Shown: positions 11,255 through 23,368, counted from the stretch's first letter. The stretch: 64,000 nt of DNA from Alloascoidea hylecoeti (GCA_001600815.1 BCKZ01000012.1:609546-673545); one strand, 5' to 3'. Notes: generated by a model not told the origin, from the letters alone. Translations and numbers: made by a program.

Positions 11255-12168
11255 TAGGTAGGATGAGATTAGGATAGTGTGGAGTGGAGTGGGTTTTGTA
11301 AAATACTATTTATTATACAGTTTAGTAAAACAAAGTGAAAAAGATCATCTATTTTGATCAAAGAGACATTTCTATAGAACTTGTAGAATAAGTATTACCT
11401 TATAAGTTTTCCATCGTTAGGTTAGGATCAGTCACTATCGTCCTACATAATTCTGAGGATAGATATAGTATTTTAATGTATAAAATTTGGTTTAATATTT
11501 GGTCTGTGAAGCCAATGGTGGCCGATTATTAGGTGTGTTGGCTGTATCTTTGTAGCTGTTTTTTTTTTGAATTTGAATGATATTGTATTACGTAATGTAT
11601 GTAACTCTAAGACAAAAAAATGCGAAAATGGCGCAAAAAGTGGGAACAAGAAAACTTTTCGAATTAGAAAAACACAATTTATAGTCAACGGACAGATTTC
11701 GAGAAAAGTTAAAAATTTTAGACCGGGTCCTCTAAAAGTTCATATTTATATGAAATGTTTCTTTATACGCGCTCTAAATTAGGTATGAAAATGACATGAT
11801 TGACAACGTAATTACTGTTAAATTCCATTATAATTCGGGGGAAATTTGTTAATTTACTATGCATATATGGTTACACAATTTCTTAACTTTTCGTTAATAT
11901 TTACCAAACATATCGCTACCTATAGGTGAAAAAGCTCTGTAATCATTAGTTAGTAATCATTAGTTAGTAATCATCATCATATATTATAAAAGTACTAATC
12001 GTATAACTTATATATTTAGTTTAGTCATTATGGAATGTCATGGCATATAGCTGTAAAGAGCATCATTATGAGGTTTATAAAAACCTGCCAAGTCCTAATA
12101 TATTTAACGAAAGGATGATGTGAATAAGATATAGGGCTTGAAACAAAATGAACACCAAGTTTTACATT

Positions 12169-15100
12169 TTATAGATTTGAAGAATCTGTGCTTAATAGGC
12201 GGGAACCATAATCATCCATATCTTTCTTCAACCCTAATGGGGATCCACCTGCTAAACTATAAACATCCTGCCTAAATATACTTTGTAAAAGTATATCTTC
12301 CTTATTTTCTTTCGACATATCATTGCTATTATTAATTAACCTCTCCACCTTTGCTACCACAAGTGGTGGATATCCTTTAGATTTCATTAAATTAAACACT
12401 TCCCATGCCTGATCGACTTTACCGGCATAAAGATAAGTCCTGACCATTGATTCATATGAAGATGGTTCGCTTCTGTTTTCCTTCACAGTTAAATTAAACA
12501 ATTCCTCGGAACTGGATAAATCTACCTTAGCCCAACCACGAATCAAGATACTTATCATATGAACATTTAATGATACACCATATTTTTTCATGCTATCCCA
12601 CAATTCAGTGGTATCGCTGATATGATCATTAACAACATAAGATTCGAGCATAGCTTGAAAAATTGCAGAATCTGGTCTAATTAATTGTTTTTCAGTGACG
12701 ATCATTTTGAAGAACGATTTTGCAGCCTCTAAATCCTTCATACCAACTCCTCGGGCAAATATCAAAGCAGCATAATGTTTTGAAGTAATGTAGTTTTCAT
12801 CCTCAACAATTATTTTTAATACGTTATCAGCGTCCTTGATATTGATTGGATTAATTTTAGTATACATATCAATCAAAATTTTGTAGGTATGTGAAGAAGG
12901 TTTAAGTTTCAAAGCTCTCACCTTATTATAAATCTTCAAAGCAGAATTACGGTCACCTTTTGCGTGAACATAAAATTGCAACATCATATTATAAGGAGCA
13001 ATATTTGGTTCATATCTTGCAGAAGATTCCATTTCTTGAAATAGCTCTTTGGCCTTTTCTTCATCACCCACTCGACAGCATGCACTAATCATAGTACCAT
13101 ATGTAATATTACTCTTATTGGTATTTGTTGTGTTCATGTCTCTGAAAAATATTAAAGCATCCTTAATTCTTCTAGCTTTTGCCAATTTAGATAGTAGCAC
13201 ATTGTAAAGGAATGTATTAGGTCTGACACCATTGGTTTTGGCCTCTGTAAACAAATTTATAGCTTCTGTTGCTTCATCATGCGTACCTAAATGTTTGCAA
13301 CTAATCAGTTTACCATAGCCCGTAGCATTAGGAAAAGCAGACATAGATAAAAGTTTTTGGTAGGCATTAAAAGCATAGTCATAATCAAAATCCGCAGAAT
13401 TCGAAATAACTGCTCTATATATATCAACCCAAATTTCCCATCCATGTGATGTAGAGAGAGGACTAGGAAGCTGTTCAGTTGCCTTCTGTACAGCAAATTT
13501 AATTAAACGAAACAATTTTCTATTGTGACTAGATTCAATAACAGCTATAAAGACTTTTGGGTCTAATAGCACATGGTTTTTAATTGCAGCTTCAAATCTT
13601 CTAATGGCAAGACTATACTTTTCCTCTGATTTCAATAAAAAAATGATTGTGTTCGATATTTCTGAATTATAATTTGGTATGGCCGAAGACATGTGTTTAT
13701 TTACAGATGCTTCTGATGTAATATTCGTAGATCCAGATGTTGCTCGTGATATTAGACCAGGACTACTATTTGTTGGTATAGTAATAGATGCTTTATCAGA
13801 TTCATTAGTCCACTCATCCAGACGAGCTTCGATTAAATCATCCAAAACAGGTTTTCCCTTTTCGTCCATTAGTGTAAGAGCCTCTTTAAGAGAAGTAACA
13901 AAGTTTTCATTTAAACTTGATTTTAAAATTATCAAATCCTTTACAAAAATAATAAGATAATTTGCTATTTGTTCGGTCTGATCTTTAGAAATCATAAATG
14001 TTTTGTTAGTCTTGGAATGTTTGTATAAATTAATGTGAAGTAAAACCATTTCTTTTAATAAAAACTTGTTAGATGAGAAAGCCTCAATAAATTGTTCATC
14101 ATTGGTGAATCTTGCATCCCAAATCTTCTGTAAAATCATGTACCAACCTCTGCAATCTGGGTTCACATTTGAAAAAAATGAAGCTGAGAATAATGGAGTT
14201 CTAGTTAATGTTAATGCAGTGTTTGTATCAAGTCTATCATTTCTTCTTAGTATTAACACTATTTGGGTGAAAAAGTTTGCAGAAATCTTCTGTTCAATTT
14301 CGGTAATACTTAGATCAAACGCTGTTGCATTCGATTCATATTTAGCAATTTCTTTAACTATACTGAGTGACTGACTATTGAATAGTTCCATAGCCGTCGA
14401 ATTTTCATGACGTTTTAATAATAGTTCAAAAACTTTTAAGACTGTAGTTTCATCAAAAACAGCACCTCTTATCGTAGCTTCTTTTAAAATTTTCATTATT
14501 TCATTTATCATCTCATTCTTAAAAGCAAATGCCAAATAGTCGGATCTCCAAGACCAAAAAGCTTGTGAATTAACATCATCTATTGAAGCGAGCCAATTAT
14601 AAATCTCAGATGCCTTCTTGAAATTGTTTGTACGACATGCGGCAGAGAGAACTTCACCAACTGTAGCAACACTAACTGGGAGTAAAGATTCAGTGGAATC
14701 AATATGTAAAACATAATCCCATGCCTCATCTACCATGTTAACCTTGGCTAATGAGGTAACATAACCATCGGCAATAACTTTCAATGTCTCGACAAAACCA
14801 GTTTTATGTTTAATTGCGTTAGTTACCTTGTGTAAAAATGAATTTGCTTCATCGATTTTACCACATAAAATAAAACAATCTATTAATGCGGCATAAACAA
14901 ATTGTTCTGTTGGAACATGTACACTATCTTTATGAATAATTCGATACTCTTCATAAACCGCTAACGCCGATTTATAATCTCGTTTAATAGCATATCCTTT
15001 AATTAATTGTAAAAAAAATTCATCAGATCTCAATATATTAGATTGTTCCATTAGTAGAACAATTTGTGATAATTTATTAACGTTGCCATTTAAAATACAA

Positions 15101-16323
15101 CCAACCAATAAATCATCATAAACATGTTGTGGATATAATTGCTTTCTTGATGAATAACTTGCAATGAAAATATCCAAAGCAAGTTTGAAATAAATATCTC
15201 CTTGTTCGAAAATATTTAAATATGTCTTAACCTGTTTTAATAAATGATCACCATGTCGTCTTTCAACATCATTAAATGAATATATTTCTTTTAACTTTCT
15301 AACCCTAATTGAAGCATCAATCAAAGTTTTAACAACAATAGTATAAGTTTCGATTGTAGGCCTTATCTTAAGATTCAGTATATTTTCGTAGACATTTAAT
15401 AGCATAGTCATTGTTTTATCCATTGTAGATGTAGCTGATGGTAAATCCGATATTGACTGTAGTACTTTATTATAAGTAGAGATTGGTAAGACGACCTCAT
15501 TAGATAGAGAGTTTCTGTAAAGATCAATTACCAGAGAAAATTTGTTTTGAGAAAAAGCTTCATGTATAGAGTCAATATACTGTTGAGTCTTATTATCATT
15601 TTGAGATATTGGAGATGTAGAATTTATTAGATCTGTTTCTGCTTTCTTTTCAGAGATATTTGAAGTATTTGGATACTCTAAAATCTGTTCTGCAGATTCC
15701 TTGGAGTTCAAATCTTGTTCTATTTCTGAATCTATTTGAATTTCAGTTTCATCAACACGCGTTCCAGCTCTTGATAAACGTATATTTGTATCATTAAGAT
15801 CATCAGATCGCAAACTTATATCTCTGGAATCTGCTACTGATACATCTCGATTGATCTCGGGTGTTTTAGGAGGACTGTTTGGTATTGTATTTTCATTGGG
15901 GTATGAATCATAGGACTTATCAGTCTGGTGTTCGTTTACTTTATCTTCTTTAAAAGTATTAAAATTAGGTCTTTGTGTGTTATTCAAATGACTAGCTGGG
16001 GATCTAGCAGAAACCGAGAAGAACCGTCTAGAATCAGTAAAATATAACCGTTTCTTCTTTCTGTGTCTTTTCCTTGAAATTTCATCGTCTGTGGTAGCAG
16101 CAATTGGTAAAATTACTGACGTGCCAAGAGCTGAAGGAGCACCATATTTGTAGGCATGGTAAGGATTACTAGAATATTGTGTATAAATATGTTTATTGAA
16201 TACTAATTTTGAATGAGCACCTCTTATAAAAGGATTTGAAGTTGAAAAGAAGGCCGGTTCTTTTGCTATCCGTCGTGCCATACGGGTTTGAATAGGGACA
16301 TTAAAGAAATATTTAATTGACAT
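12169..16323 (-). CDS. RPM2: Mitochondrial pentatricopeptide-repeat protein, Rpm2/Ppr5-like
   Basis: Basic N-terminal presequence-like region. C-terminal PPR array (PNTFLYNVLLSKLAKARR, ITYGTMISACCRVGDEEKAKELFQEM, APYNMMLQFYV). Close to PRE8, as in S. cerevisiae. The symbol rests partly on synteny. Confidence 0.7.
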   Translation of the reverse strand: MSIKYFFNVPIQTRMARRIAKEPAFFSTSNPFIRGAHSKLVFNKHIYTQYSSNPYHAYKYGAPSALGTSVILPIAATTDDEISRKRHRKKKRLYFTDSRRFFSVSARSPASHLNNTQRPNFNTFKEDKVNEHQTDKSYDSYPNENTIPNSPPKTPEINRDVSVADSRDISLRSDDLNDTNIRLSRAGTRVDETEIQIDSEIEQDLNSKESAEQILEYPNTSNISEKKAETDLINSTSPISQNDNKTQQYIDSIHEAFSQNKFSLVIDLYRNSLSNEVVLPISTYNKVLQSISDLPSATSTMDKTMTMLLNVYENILNLKIRPTIETYTIVVKTLIDASIRVRKLKEIYSFNDVERRHGDHLLKQVKTYLNIFEQGDIYFKLALDIFIASYSSRKQLYPQHVYDDLLVGCILNGNVNKLSQIVLLMEQSNILRSDEFFLQLIKGYAIKRDYKSALAVYEEYRIIHKDSVHVPTEQFVYAALIDCFILCGKIDEANSFLHKVTNAIKHKTGFVETLKVIADGYVTSLAKVNMVDEAWDYVLHIDSTESLLPVSVATVGEVLSAACRTNNFKKASEIYNWLASIDDVNSQAFWSWRSDYLAFAFKNEMINEIMKILKEATIRGAVFDETTVLKVFELLLKRHENSTAMELFNSQSLSIVKEIAKYESNATAFDLSITEIEQKISANFFTQIVLILRRNDRLDTNTALTLTRTPLFSASFFSNVNPDCRGWYMILQKIWDARFTNDEQFIEAFSSNKFLLKEMVLLHINLYKHSKTNKTFMISKDQTEQIANYLIIFVKDLIILKSSLNENFVTSLKEALTLMDEKGKPVLDDLIEARLDEWTNESDKASITIPTNSSPGLISRATSGSTNITSEASVNKHMSSAIPNYNSEISNTIIFLLKSEEKYSLAIRRFEAAIKNHVLLDPKVFIAVIESSHNRKLFRLIKFAVQKATEQLPSPLSTSHGWEIWVDIYRAVISNSADFDYDYAFNAYQKLLSMSAFPNATGYGKLISCKHLGTHDEATEAINLFTEAKTNGVRPNTFLYNVLLSKLAKARRIKDALIFFRDMNTTNTNKSNITYGTMISACCRVGDEEKAKELFQEMESSARYEPNIAPYNMMLQFYVHAKGDRNSALKIYNKVRALKLKPSSHTYKILIDMYTKINPINIKDADNVLKIIVEDENYITSKHYAALIFARGVGMKDLEAAKSFFKMIVTEKQLIRPDSAIFQAMLESYVVNDHISDTTELWDSMKKYGVSLNVHMISILIRGWAKVDLSSSEELFNLTVKENRSEPSSYESMVRTYLYAGKVDQAWEVFNLMKSKGYPPLVVAKVERLINNSNDMSKENKEDILLQSIFRQDVYSLAGGSPLGLKKDMDDYGSRLLSTDSSNL

Positions 16324-16769
16324 GATCTATTGAAATCTCAATTGAATGAGAAAGGAAATTATGTGGCAAAAACGGCAAAATAAGCTGCTTTTATTTTGAA
16401 AATATAGTCTCATGCACCCAAAAATTATGGCGAAAAAGGATTTTAGAGAAGTCTCACGTGAATAATGTGACCCGATTAGGTAATTTGTGTGGCTAAATGG
16501 TAGAGTTTTTATTGGCCATATTGTAGTGGCGGTGTATATCAGCCACTCCATTAACAGCTACAAACCACCTTTAGAAATGTAAGACATCTCACAAATTCCG
16601 CTAATATAATCACAAACAGACAAAAGGCCAGTAGATATGTCGTTTTGTGACTTTGAAAGAACTTCTCGAAGAAATTTTCAAAGAACTTGTCTAGTGCCCA
16701 ATTGCGTCCATCTGAATGCCGGAATTGCCTCATATCGATAGTACGGGTCTTACACTGCAAATTGGTTAG

Positions 16770-17447
16770 TTAAAGTGTAGATCCATGTACAAATTTGCCA
16801 CTTACAAATCGTTTGTTCCATTGGCTTGAAATATTTGGATATTCTCTTTTCTCCTCAAACTTATTTCCAACTATGGGTTCTGATAGCACCGGTACCTCCT
16901 CTGGATAATTACCGGAATTATTTTCTTCTCTGAAAGTTGTTAATCCAAATCTTTCTTCACTCTCTTTCTTTGGTTTTAGTTCGTATTCGGTATGTAAAGT
17001 AATTTGTGGTACTTGATAATTCTTCCTATGTTCAAGATATCTTCGAAACCGTTGTGTTTTTTTATTTTTGGATATTTCTTCCAGATAATCATCTTTATCA
17101 TTTTCTAACTCTGGGTCCATTGACAATGGATTCCCATAATTTCTAATATTTTCTAATCTGTGGTATCTTTTTCCTAATCCTGTTGTTGGGATGTTGATAT
17201 TAACATTTACTCGTCTGTCAATGTTATCAGTTAAATTGCTAAAGTTATTTGTTATCGAACCCCCAATCTTTTGTAAATCTCTATAATTAATATAGCCTCC
17301 TTGAAATATTTCATTTCTTGTCTGAATTTTTGATTGTTTATTGTTATATGATGTTTCCTTCAAGATTTTACGCAACAGGTTTTGATCCTTCATATAACTG
17401 AAGTTGGGCCGCGTCTTATGATAGACGTCTTGTATGTCTGTATTCAT
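16770..17447 (-). CDS. Hypothetical protein (no recognised family), likely start ATG 17447
   Basis: An open frame of more than 225 codons in AT-rich DNA is unlikely by chance. No motif recognised; an upstream exon is possible. Confidence 0.55.
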   Translation of the reverse strand: MNTDIQDVYHKTRPNFSYMKDQNLLRKILKETSYNNKQSKIQTRNEIFQGGYINYRDLQKIGGSITNNFSNLTDNIDRRVNVNINIPTTGLGKRYHRLENIRNYGNPLSMDPELENDKDDYLEEISKNKKTQRFRRYLEHRKNYQVPQITLHTEYELKPKKESEERFGLTTFREENNSGNYPEEVPVLSEPIVGNKFEEKREYPNISSQWNKRFVSGKFVHGSTL

Positions 17448-17701
17448 ATTCTTAGCTGTGAAGATTGTCTCGATTTTGCTATAAAAGTGTTGTGAATTGA
17501 TTTTCAACCTCGTATGATTACAAAATGGCTAGTTATTACTTATCTGATGTTTAGAATTTTCTGTTTGTGTTGTTAATTATTGAACAAATTAAAGTAGTTC
17601 AAAGTACTTTTACGTAATCACTAATTAAATTTAAATATATACAACACATAATAAACTTTTATATAAATGATAGAATGAATTCCAAGGCTTTTCTTCTTTT
17701 A

Positions 17702-19081
17702 TTAACCAAAATTAGGAAGTCTATCAGAAGCGATTTGAACAACTTCTTCTGTATAATAAGATTTCCATAATCTTGGTCTCTCGAGCCCCATAGTATCATA
17801 GAAATGTGGCACGCAACTAGTATGTCTCCAAGTATAGTCCCAAATTGGGTTGCATAAGCAATTACGCTCTAATCTTTCTTCATATTCTAATGGACAACTC
17901 ATAAATGGTATTACTGTTGTCCCCATACCAGTGAAATGGTATATTTGTGATTTAGGAACCATTATTGAGACGGCTAGTGTTTCAATCACTCCAACTCCCC
18001 ATTTTTCATGAAATATGCCCAATGATTTATCCAAATACTTGAAATAATTTTGATATTCTTCAGAACGGAAAAAATTTAAGTCACCTATAGAAAATTCTCC
18101 CCAAAATTGACACAAATTAAAGGTTGCTCCGTTATCATCAGAAATGAAATCAACAGCAGATTCTAGATTAACTAATTGTGGATTTTTTTCAAAAAATAAT
18201 CTTGCAGTTTTATATAATGTTTTAATGAAAATATCACTTTCACGAAAAGCAAAAGTAAATCCATATGTTAATTTTTTTTGTTTCATAACTTTAAAAGGAT
18301 CAAAATTAATATCACAATGATAAATATTAAAAGGGTGGATTTTCCAATAATAATCGTATTGTTGTAATGTAGGACTTGTTTTATAAATTAACCCAGCTAA
18401 AAACCTTGATTTGATCCTATCTTCCATGGATGCTAATATAGGCATTGATCTATCTTTATCTGAAAGTTCATCGATGATATGTCTATCAACTTTTGGGGGT
18501 ACCTGACGATATTCCTTGGAAACAACCTCGAAAGTGGTTTTTCCAGAAATCATATGCTGAGCTATTGTTTGGTTCTCTGGAGATATTGGAGTAAAACTAA
18601 CGAAAAGCCAATCATAATGATGCCTATAATTGAATCGATCCTCCAAGGACCTAATAGCTGCTATCACTCTGTCAAAATAGGCCTCATCGTCCACAAATGT
18701 TAAAAATGTAGCGTTTTCCCTGTCGGAAGTGTCGCGCTCATGTTGCGGTTGTAATAATTGTCGGGAACTATTAATAGCAAGGGAGCTCGAGGTACTGGTA
18801 CGTATTTGAATTTGAAACATGGAGGTTATAACAAGATATGCGGAAATAAATATAAAAGATAAACACCCCAATGCCCTTAGTAAACGGGCCGGCCTTTGGG
18901 TAATATAATACATTTTATTGATATTTGACATGGGAAGAGAGGTTTTTTTTTCTTGAGTCGTTAGCGCTGCAGTTGACCTTTTTGATGTATTGTTCCGCGT
19001 AAATATAAAGTTCGCCGGGTCTGCAGCAAAACTGGCGTCCCTTTGGCTGTTTGGATGTTTACGTTGCTCTTTCCTTTCCAT
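17702..19081 (-). CDS. GT15 (Kre2/Ktr alpha-1,2-mannosyltransferase) family type II membrane protein with degenerate catalytic motifs
   Basis: N-terminal TM helix, RENATF, IRSLEDRFN...YDWLF, CDINFDPF, YGFT, FISDDNG.TFNLC.FW, DLNFFRSEEYQNYFKYLD and C-terminal CP...C.C...C. Confidence 0.88.
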   Translation of the reverse strand: MERKEQRKHPNSQRDASFAADPANFIFTRNNTSKRSTAALTTQEKKTSLPMSNINKMYYITQRPARLLRALGCLSFIFISAYLVITSMFQIQIRTSTSSSLAINSSRQLLQPQHERDTSDRENATFLTFVDDEAYFDRVIAAIRSLEDRFNYRHHYDWLFVSFTPISPENQTIAQHMISGKTTFEVVSKEYRQVPPKVDRHIIDELSDKDRSMPILASMEDRIKSRFLAGLIYKTSPTLQQYDYYWKIHPFNIYHCDINFDPFKVMKQKKLTYGFTFAFRESDIFIKTLYKTARLFFEKNPQLVNLESAVDFISDDNGATFNLCQFWGEFSIGDLNFFRSEEYQNYFKYLDKSLGIFHEKWGVGVIETLAVSIMVPKSQIYHFTGMGTTVIPFMSCPLEYEERLERNCLCNPIWDYTWRHTSCVPHFYDTMGLERPRLWKSYYTEEVVQIASDRLPNFG

Positions 19082-19227
19082 ATTACGTACAGTACGATAT
19101 CGACTAGCGTGTCTTCATTTAACTATTAAAACTTTGGGGTAAGCTTTCATCCTTATATACATAATACTAAATAGACTTCAATTGCACCGTATCAGGAATT
19201 GGTGTTTTTAATTTATAATTAAAATTA

Positions 19228-21185
19228 TTAATACCCCCTTCTTGATAAAGAAACAACAACAAAAATGGATGCCGCCAAAATAACCAAAGCTCCAGGTAAT
19301 AAAGCTTCATTAGGCACTCCTTCAATTGTATCTTGTCTTTTTTTATTTGTATCGGCTCTGTTTTTACTTTCTGAAATATTATCAGCACTTTCATTAAGAT
19401 GATGAATTAATAAACTTCCATTTCCTTTACCAGATTTGCTTGAAGAAGAAACAGCACTAATTAAATCTTGATCATCTGTAACTGCAATTAAATCTCCTTC
19501 ATGATCAAGGTATGAAACAGCAAAATGATCTGAACCTCCTAGTGCTGCTAAATCTGATTTGGATAATTTATGTTTAATTAATCTACGCAATTCATCAATA
19601 CCAGCTGAGGGTGAAATTGCTATACGATAAATACGGCTAGATGGTGCCTTGAATTTGAAAGTGAAAGGGGTTTGAAGATCTGGGTTTATTAATGATGTAG
19701 CTAAGGATGATTGAGGTCCTTCACGAAGTGGTGATCCAGTAAATGATATTGAATCGGAAGGGCGAAGGGGACGAGAAGTAGGACTCATAGCTAAACCAAG
19801 ATCAAGGCCATTGGATGAGCCAAGCTCAAATTGTGCTAATTCATCTTCAGTAACAGGTAATAATGGAGTTGATGGTCTAGATCTTGTATTGGATAGAGCT
19901 GATTCTGAATTTGAATCTTCTGCTTGATCTAAATTATTCCAAAATTTATTCCACACTGGCCCTTCAGAATCAGTTGTTTGCATTGATTTAATTGCATCTA
20001 ATGTAGCATAAGTTAATTTAAGAACTTCAACAACACCTAAAACATCACCATCTTCATCAATAACAGGCAAATTTAAGTAATGACCCACATGCATTTTCCT
20101 TAAAGCTGCCTGAATACTTAAAGTTTTGGAAGCAAAATCCGGTTGTGGTGTCATAACTCTAATGACACTACATAATTTAGGATCTAAACCATTTGCAATG
20201 ACTCTTAATACAACATCTTTACTTGTGAATATTCCAGTAATTTCACCATCAGCTTGATCTTGAACTAAAACCGCAGTAGTTTTATTTTCTTTCATCAATC
20301 TAGATGCTTCCAATACATTTGTTCTTGGAGATACAAAAACCGGTGGTTTACCATTAAGTACATCTTCTAATTTTGGAGCATTCATAATTGTTTTTAAACT
20401 TTCAAAATATTGTAAAATTTGTGTTGGGGGTTGCTTCCCACCAATTTCTGATTGAACTGTATCAAAAACATCATTTAATTTCCTTGTACTTTCCATTACT
20501 CGTTCTAATTTTTCCATAGCCTCATAAAAACATTTTGTAATATCTAAAACACCAACAATTTCATTATTTTCATCTAACACAGGTAAATGACGAAATCCTT
20601 TTGTAACCATTAAAGTTAAAGCATCAGAAGCCAACATATCACTTCTTGCACAAAATGGATCAGGGGTCATGATTTCCTCAATCATAACATTGGAGGCATT
20701 TAATTCTGCACCAACGACTCGGAATGCTAAATCTTTTGCAGTAAAAATTCCACTTAAAGTACCATCATCTTCAGCCACTAGAATACAATTTTCTCTCCTT
20801 GCGGACATTAATTGGGAGGCTTCGGAAACGGTTATTCCAGGCTTACAAACAATAGGTTCGGATGGTTTAAGAGATAGAACAGATCCAGGCGCGCCTTTGC
20901 GTTGATGTCTTGATTTTGAATGGACTTGTCGCTTTTTAGCTAAATCCTTTTCGATCCTTTTGCGAATATTCTATGAATTATTTTTCTCATTATTAGTAAA
21001 TTTGTAGAAAGAGGTGGATTGTGTAGTTTTTTAGAAATACAAACCTCATCTTTTTTCGATTGTCTTTTTCGGCTGTCAGATACAGACAAGTATGAAGAGT
21101 CGATAGGTGTAGGGGTCCTTAAAGTTCTCTTAGAAGGAGTGTGTCTGAGGGGAGTCGAGCCTACAGTTGGCGTAGTTAACGACAT
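19228..21185 (-). CDS. CBS (x4) + PB1 domain protein with C-terminal TM (Mug70-like); exons 21185-21045, 20970-19228
   Basis: RKRQSKKDE|NIRKRIEKDL after removing a 74-nt intron (GTTTGT..TACTAAT..TAG). CBS pairs (GIFTAKDLAFRVV, GFRHLPV, GIFTSKDVVLRV, GHYLNLPV); PB1 FKFKAPSSRIYR...SYLDHEGDLIAVTDDQDL. Confidence 0.88.
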
Positions 21186-21451
21186 TTTGAAAGGAATGCT
21201 TTTAGATACAAGGTCGAATTCTACAATTAAAAAAAAGTATTTTATTGAAATGATCTAAATAGGAAATGAAAACAAACGTAATATGCAACACTTCTTAAGA
21301 TGCGGCTGACCAATCACAGCATCGCCGATGTCCGGAGGTCCGCGCACGGTGAGCACTCCCAGCAGCCTATCAGAAGCTCAGAATTCTGGCTGACATGTCA
21401 CCCGTATAAAAGTCTCCACATTTCCTTCTTTCTTTCTCCCCATCCAAGAAA

Positions 21452-22231
21452 ATGATTCAACGATATTTACTAAACTCAACAAGACTTTTGGCTCGTCAAA
21501 AACCCACAGCAATAGCATCCGTTGCTTCCTCTTTCCGCCGGTATTTAAATATTCAAACTGCTCAAACCCCTAATAAAGATGCATTAAAATTTATTCCAGG
21601 TGTCACAATTCTGCCTGAAGAATACAATACAATTGAATTCACCAATTCCTCTCAAACTGCAAATTCACCGTTAGCCGCTCATTTGTTTGCCATTGAAGGT
21701 GTAAAATCACTAATGCTGGGAAAAACTTTTATCACAGTTGAGAAAGATGCTTCTTACGACTGGAGCTCGATAAAACCCACAGTATATACGACCGTTGATA
21801 AATATCTTTCATCCGGTGAATCTGTTTTAGCTTCTAACCATAACTTGGAGGTTTCTACGGTAAATGAAGATGATGATGAAATTGTTGCAATGATCAAGGA
21901 ATTGATTGATACAAGAATTAGACCAGCAATTCAAGATGATGGTGGCGATATTGAATTTAGAGGATTTGAACCTGATGGAACTGTTTTGATGAAGTTACAA
22001 GGTGCTTGTAGAAGTTGCGACTCTTCTGAAGTTACATTGAAGAATGGAATTGAAAGCATGCTTATGCATTATATCGAAGAAGTTACTGGTGTTCGACAAG
22101 TGCTAGATGTTGAAGAAGAAATTTCATTAAGGGAGTTTGAAAAATTAGAGAACAAATTAAAACAAGAAAAACAACATGCTACATTGGGTCATCAGCCTTC
22201 ACTTCATTCAAGTGCCCCTCCAGCGTTATAA
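21452..22231 (+). CDS. NFU1: Mitochondrial Fe-S cluster scaffold/carrier Nfu1
   Basis: IQTAQTPNKDALKF N-domain; IKELIDTRIRPAIQDDGGDIEF...LQGACRSCDSSEVTLKNGIE with CXXC. Confidence 0.95.
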   Translation: MIQRYLLNSTRLLARQKPTAIASVASSFRRYLNIQTAQTPNKDALKFIPGVTILPEEYNTIEFTNSSQTANSPLAAHLFAIEGVKSLMLGKTFITVEKDASYDWSSIKPTVYTTVDKYLSSGESVLASNHNLEVSTVNEDDDEIVAMIKELIDTRIRPAIQDDGGDIEFRGFEPDGTVLMKLQGACRSCDSSEVTLKNGIESMLMHYIEEVTGVRQVLDVEEEISLREFEKLENKLKQEKQHATLGHQPSLHSSAPPAL

Positions 22232-23368
22232 ATCATCGTAATTAATTTTTTTGATTATGATGAACGTTAAAGTTTTATTGTTTATTTTATTGTATATGAG
22301 TTTGCATTAGCAGTATTTGGTTCTCATCTTTGTTTTCATTTTGTGTTCTGGGGGTTTATTATATTATTTTATACATAAAATATTTAGATTTCACTTAGTA
22401 TTTTTTATTTGAATTTAATCTTAAGAAATATATTGGTAATTAAAAATACATTATATTTAACGTCACTTCACTGATGGATTAATTTTTCTGTATGAGAAAA
22501 AGAAATGAAAATAAATCCTATAGCTAAATTTTAAAAAAAAAATCAATGACATCCAGATCCAGATACAAGCATAATACTCAAGGGCGGAAACTAACCACCA
22601 AGAATCACTAATATATCCTAAATATAACAGATTATTAATTGTAAGTTAATTTGTAAGTTATTGAAACGGATCAGGAGTGTGTATGCAACTTTCTGCCGGT
22701 TCTCAATAAACGGTTTTGAAGAATCAGTGTAAGCACCGAAGCAGCTGGATTATATTTCCCTTTTAGGTTAAAACACTCGGGAAACTCAAGATATAGGACC
22801 CAAGTAGGAAATTCAGCCCGTATCAACTTAATGAAAATATGTAAGCTCGATTTAGAACTTGTTTACGCAATGATTTTATATGTGGATGGACACTCAAGTG
22901 CAAGATTTTCAAATCTACGTTAAAATTATTTGCGGTTAAGCCACCTTCTATGAATAACTGTGCATGGAAAATCAAAATCTTCATATGAGCAAAGAACCGT
23001 ACAAACAAATAGAAAGATGTAGATAACAAAGAGACGAATAAAAAGAGATATATAATAGTGCCTTGATAATAAGAGCCAAAAAGAATAATAATTAATATTG
23101 AATATCTATTATTTAGATGTGAGTGATAGATCGATGTCCAACAAACCTTATTCCCATCCTGTGTAAAGTTTCCCTAAAAGTGCAACCTGCATGCTCCAGC
23201 CTTCTGCCAATTATGTAGCTCCTTTAGAAATCAATTATCTATATACACTTCTTATCGCTGAAAATTTTAGCAATATAAATATCCTATAAATCCTTCGCTT
23301 TTTCTTTTCTTTCCTTCATATTATTCATAACAGTTTGATATTCTTCCCTTAACCTTATCGAATTAACA

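Noticed and set aside
11941..11974. 14-bp tandem duplication AATCATTAGTTAGT
   Set aside because: Only about 2.4 copies in AT-rich intergenic DNA; ordinary slippage, not telomeric or CRISPR-like.
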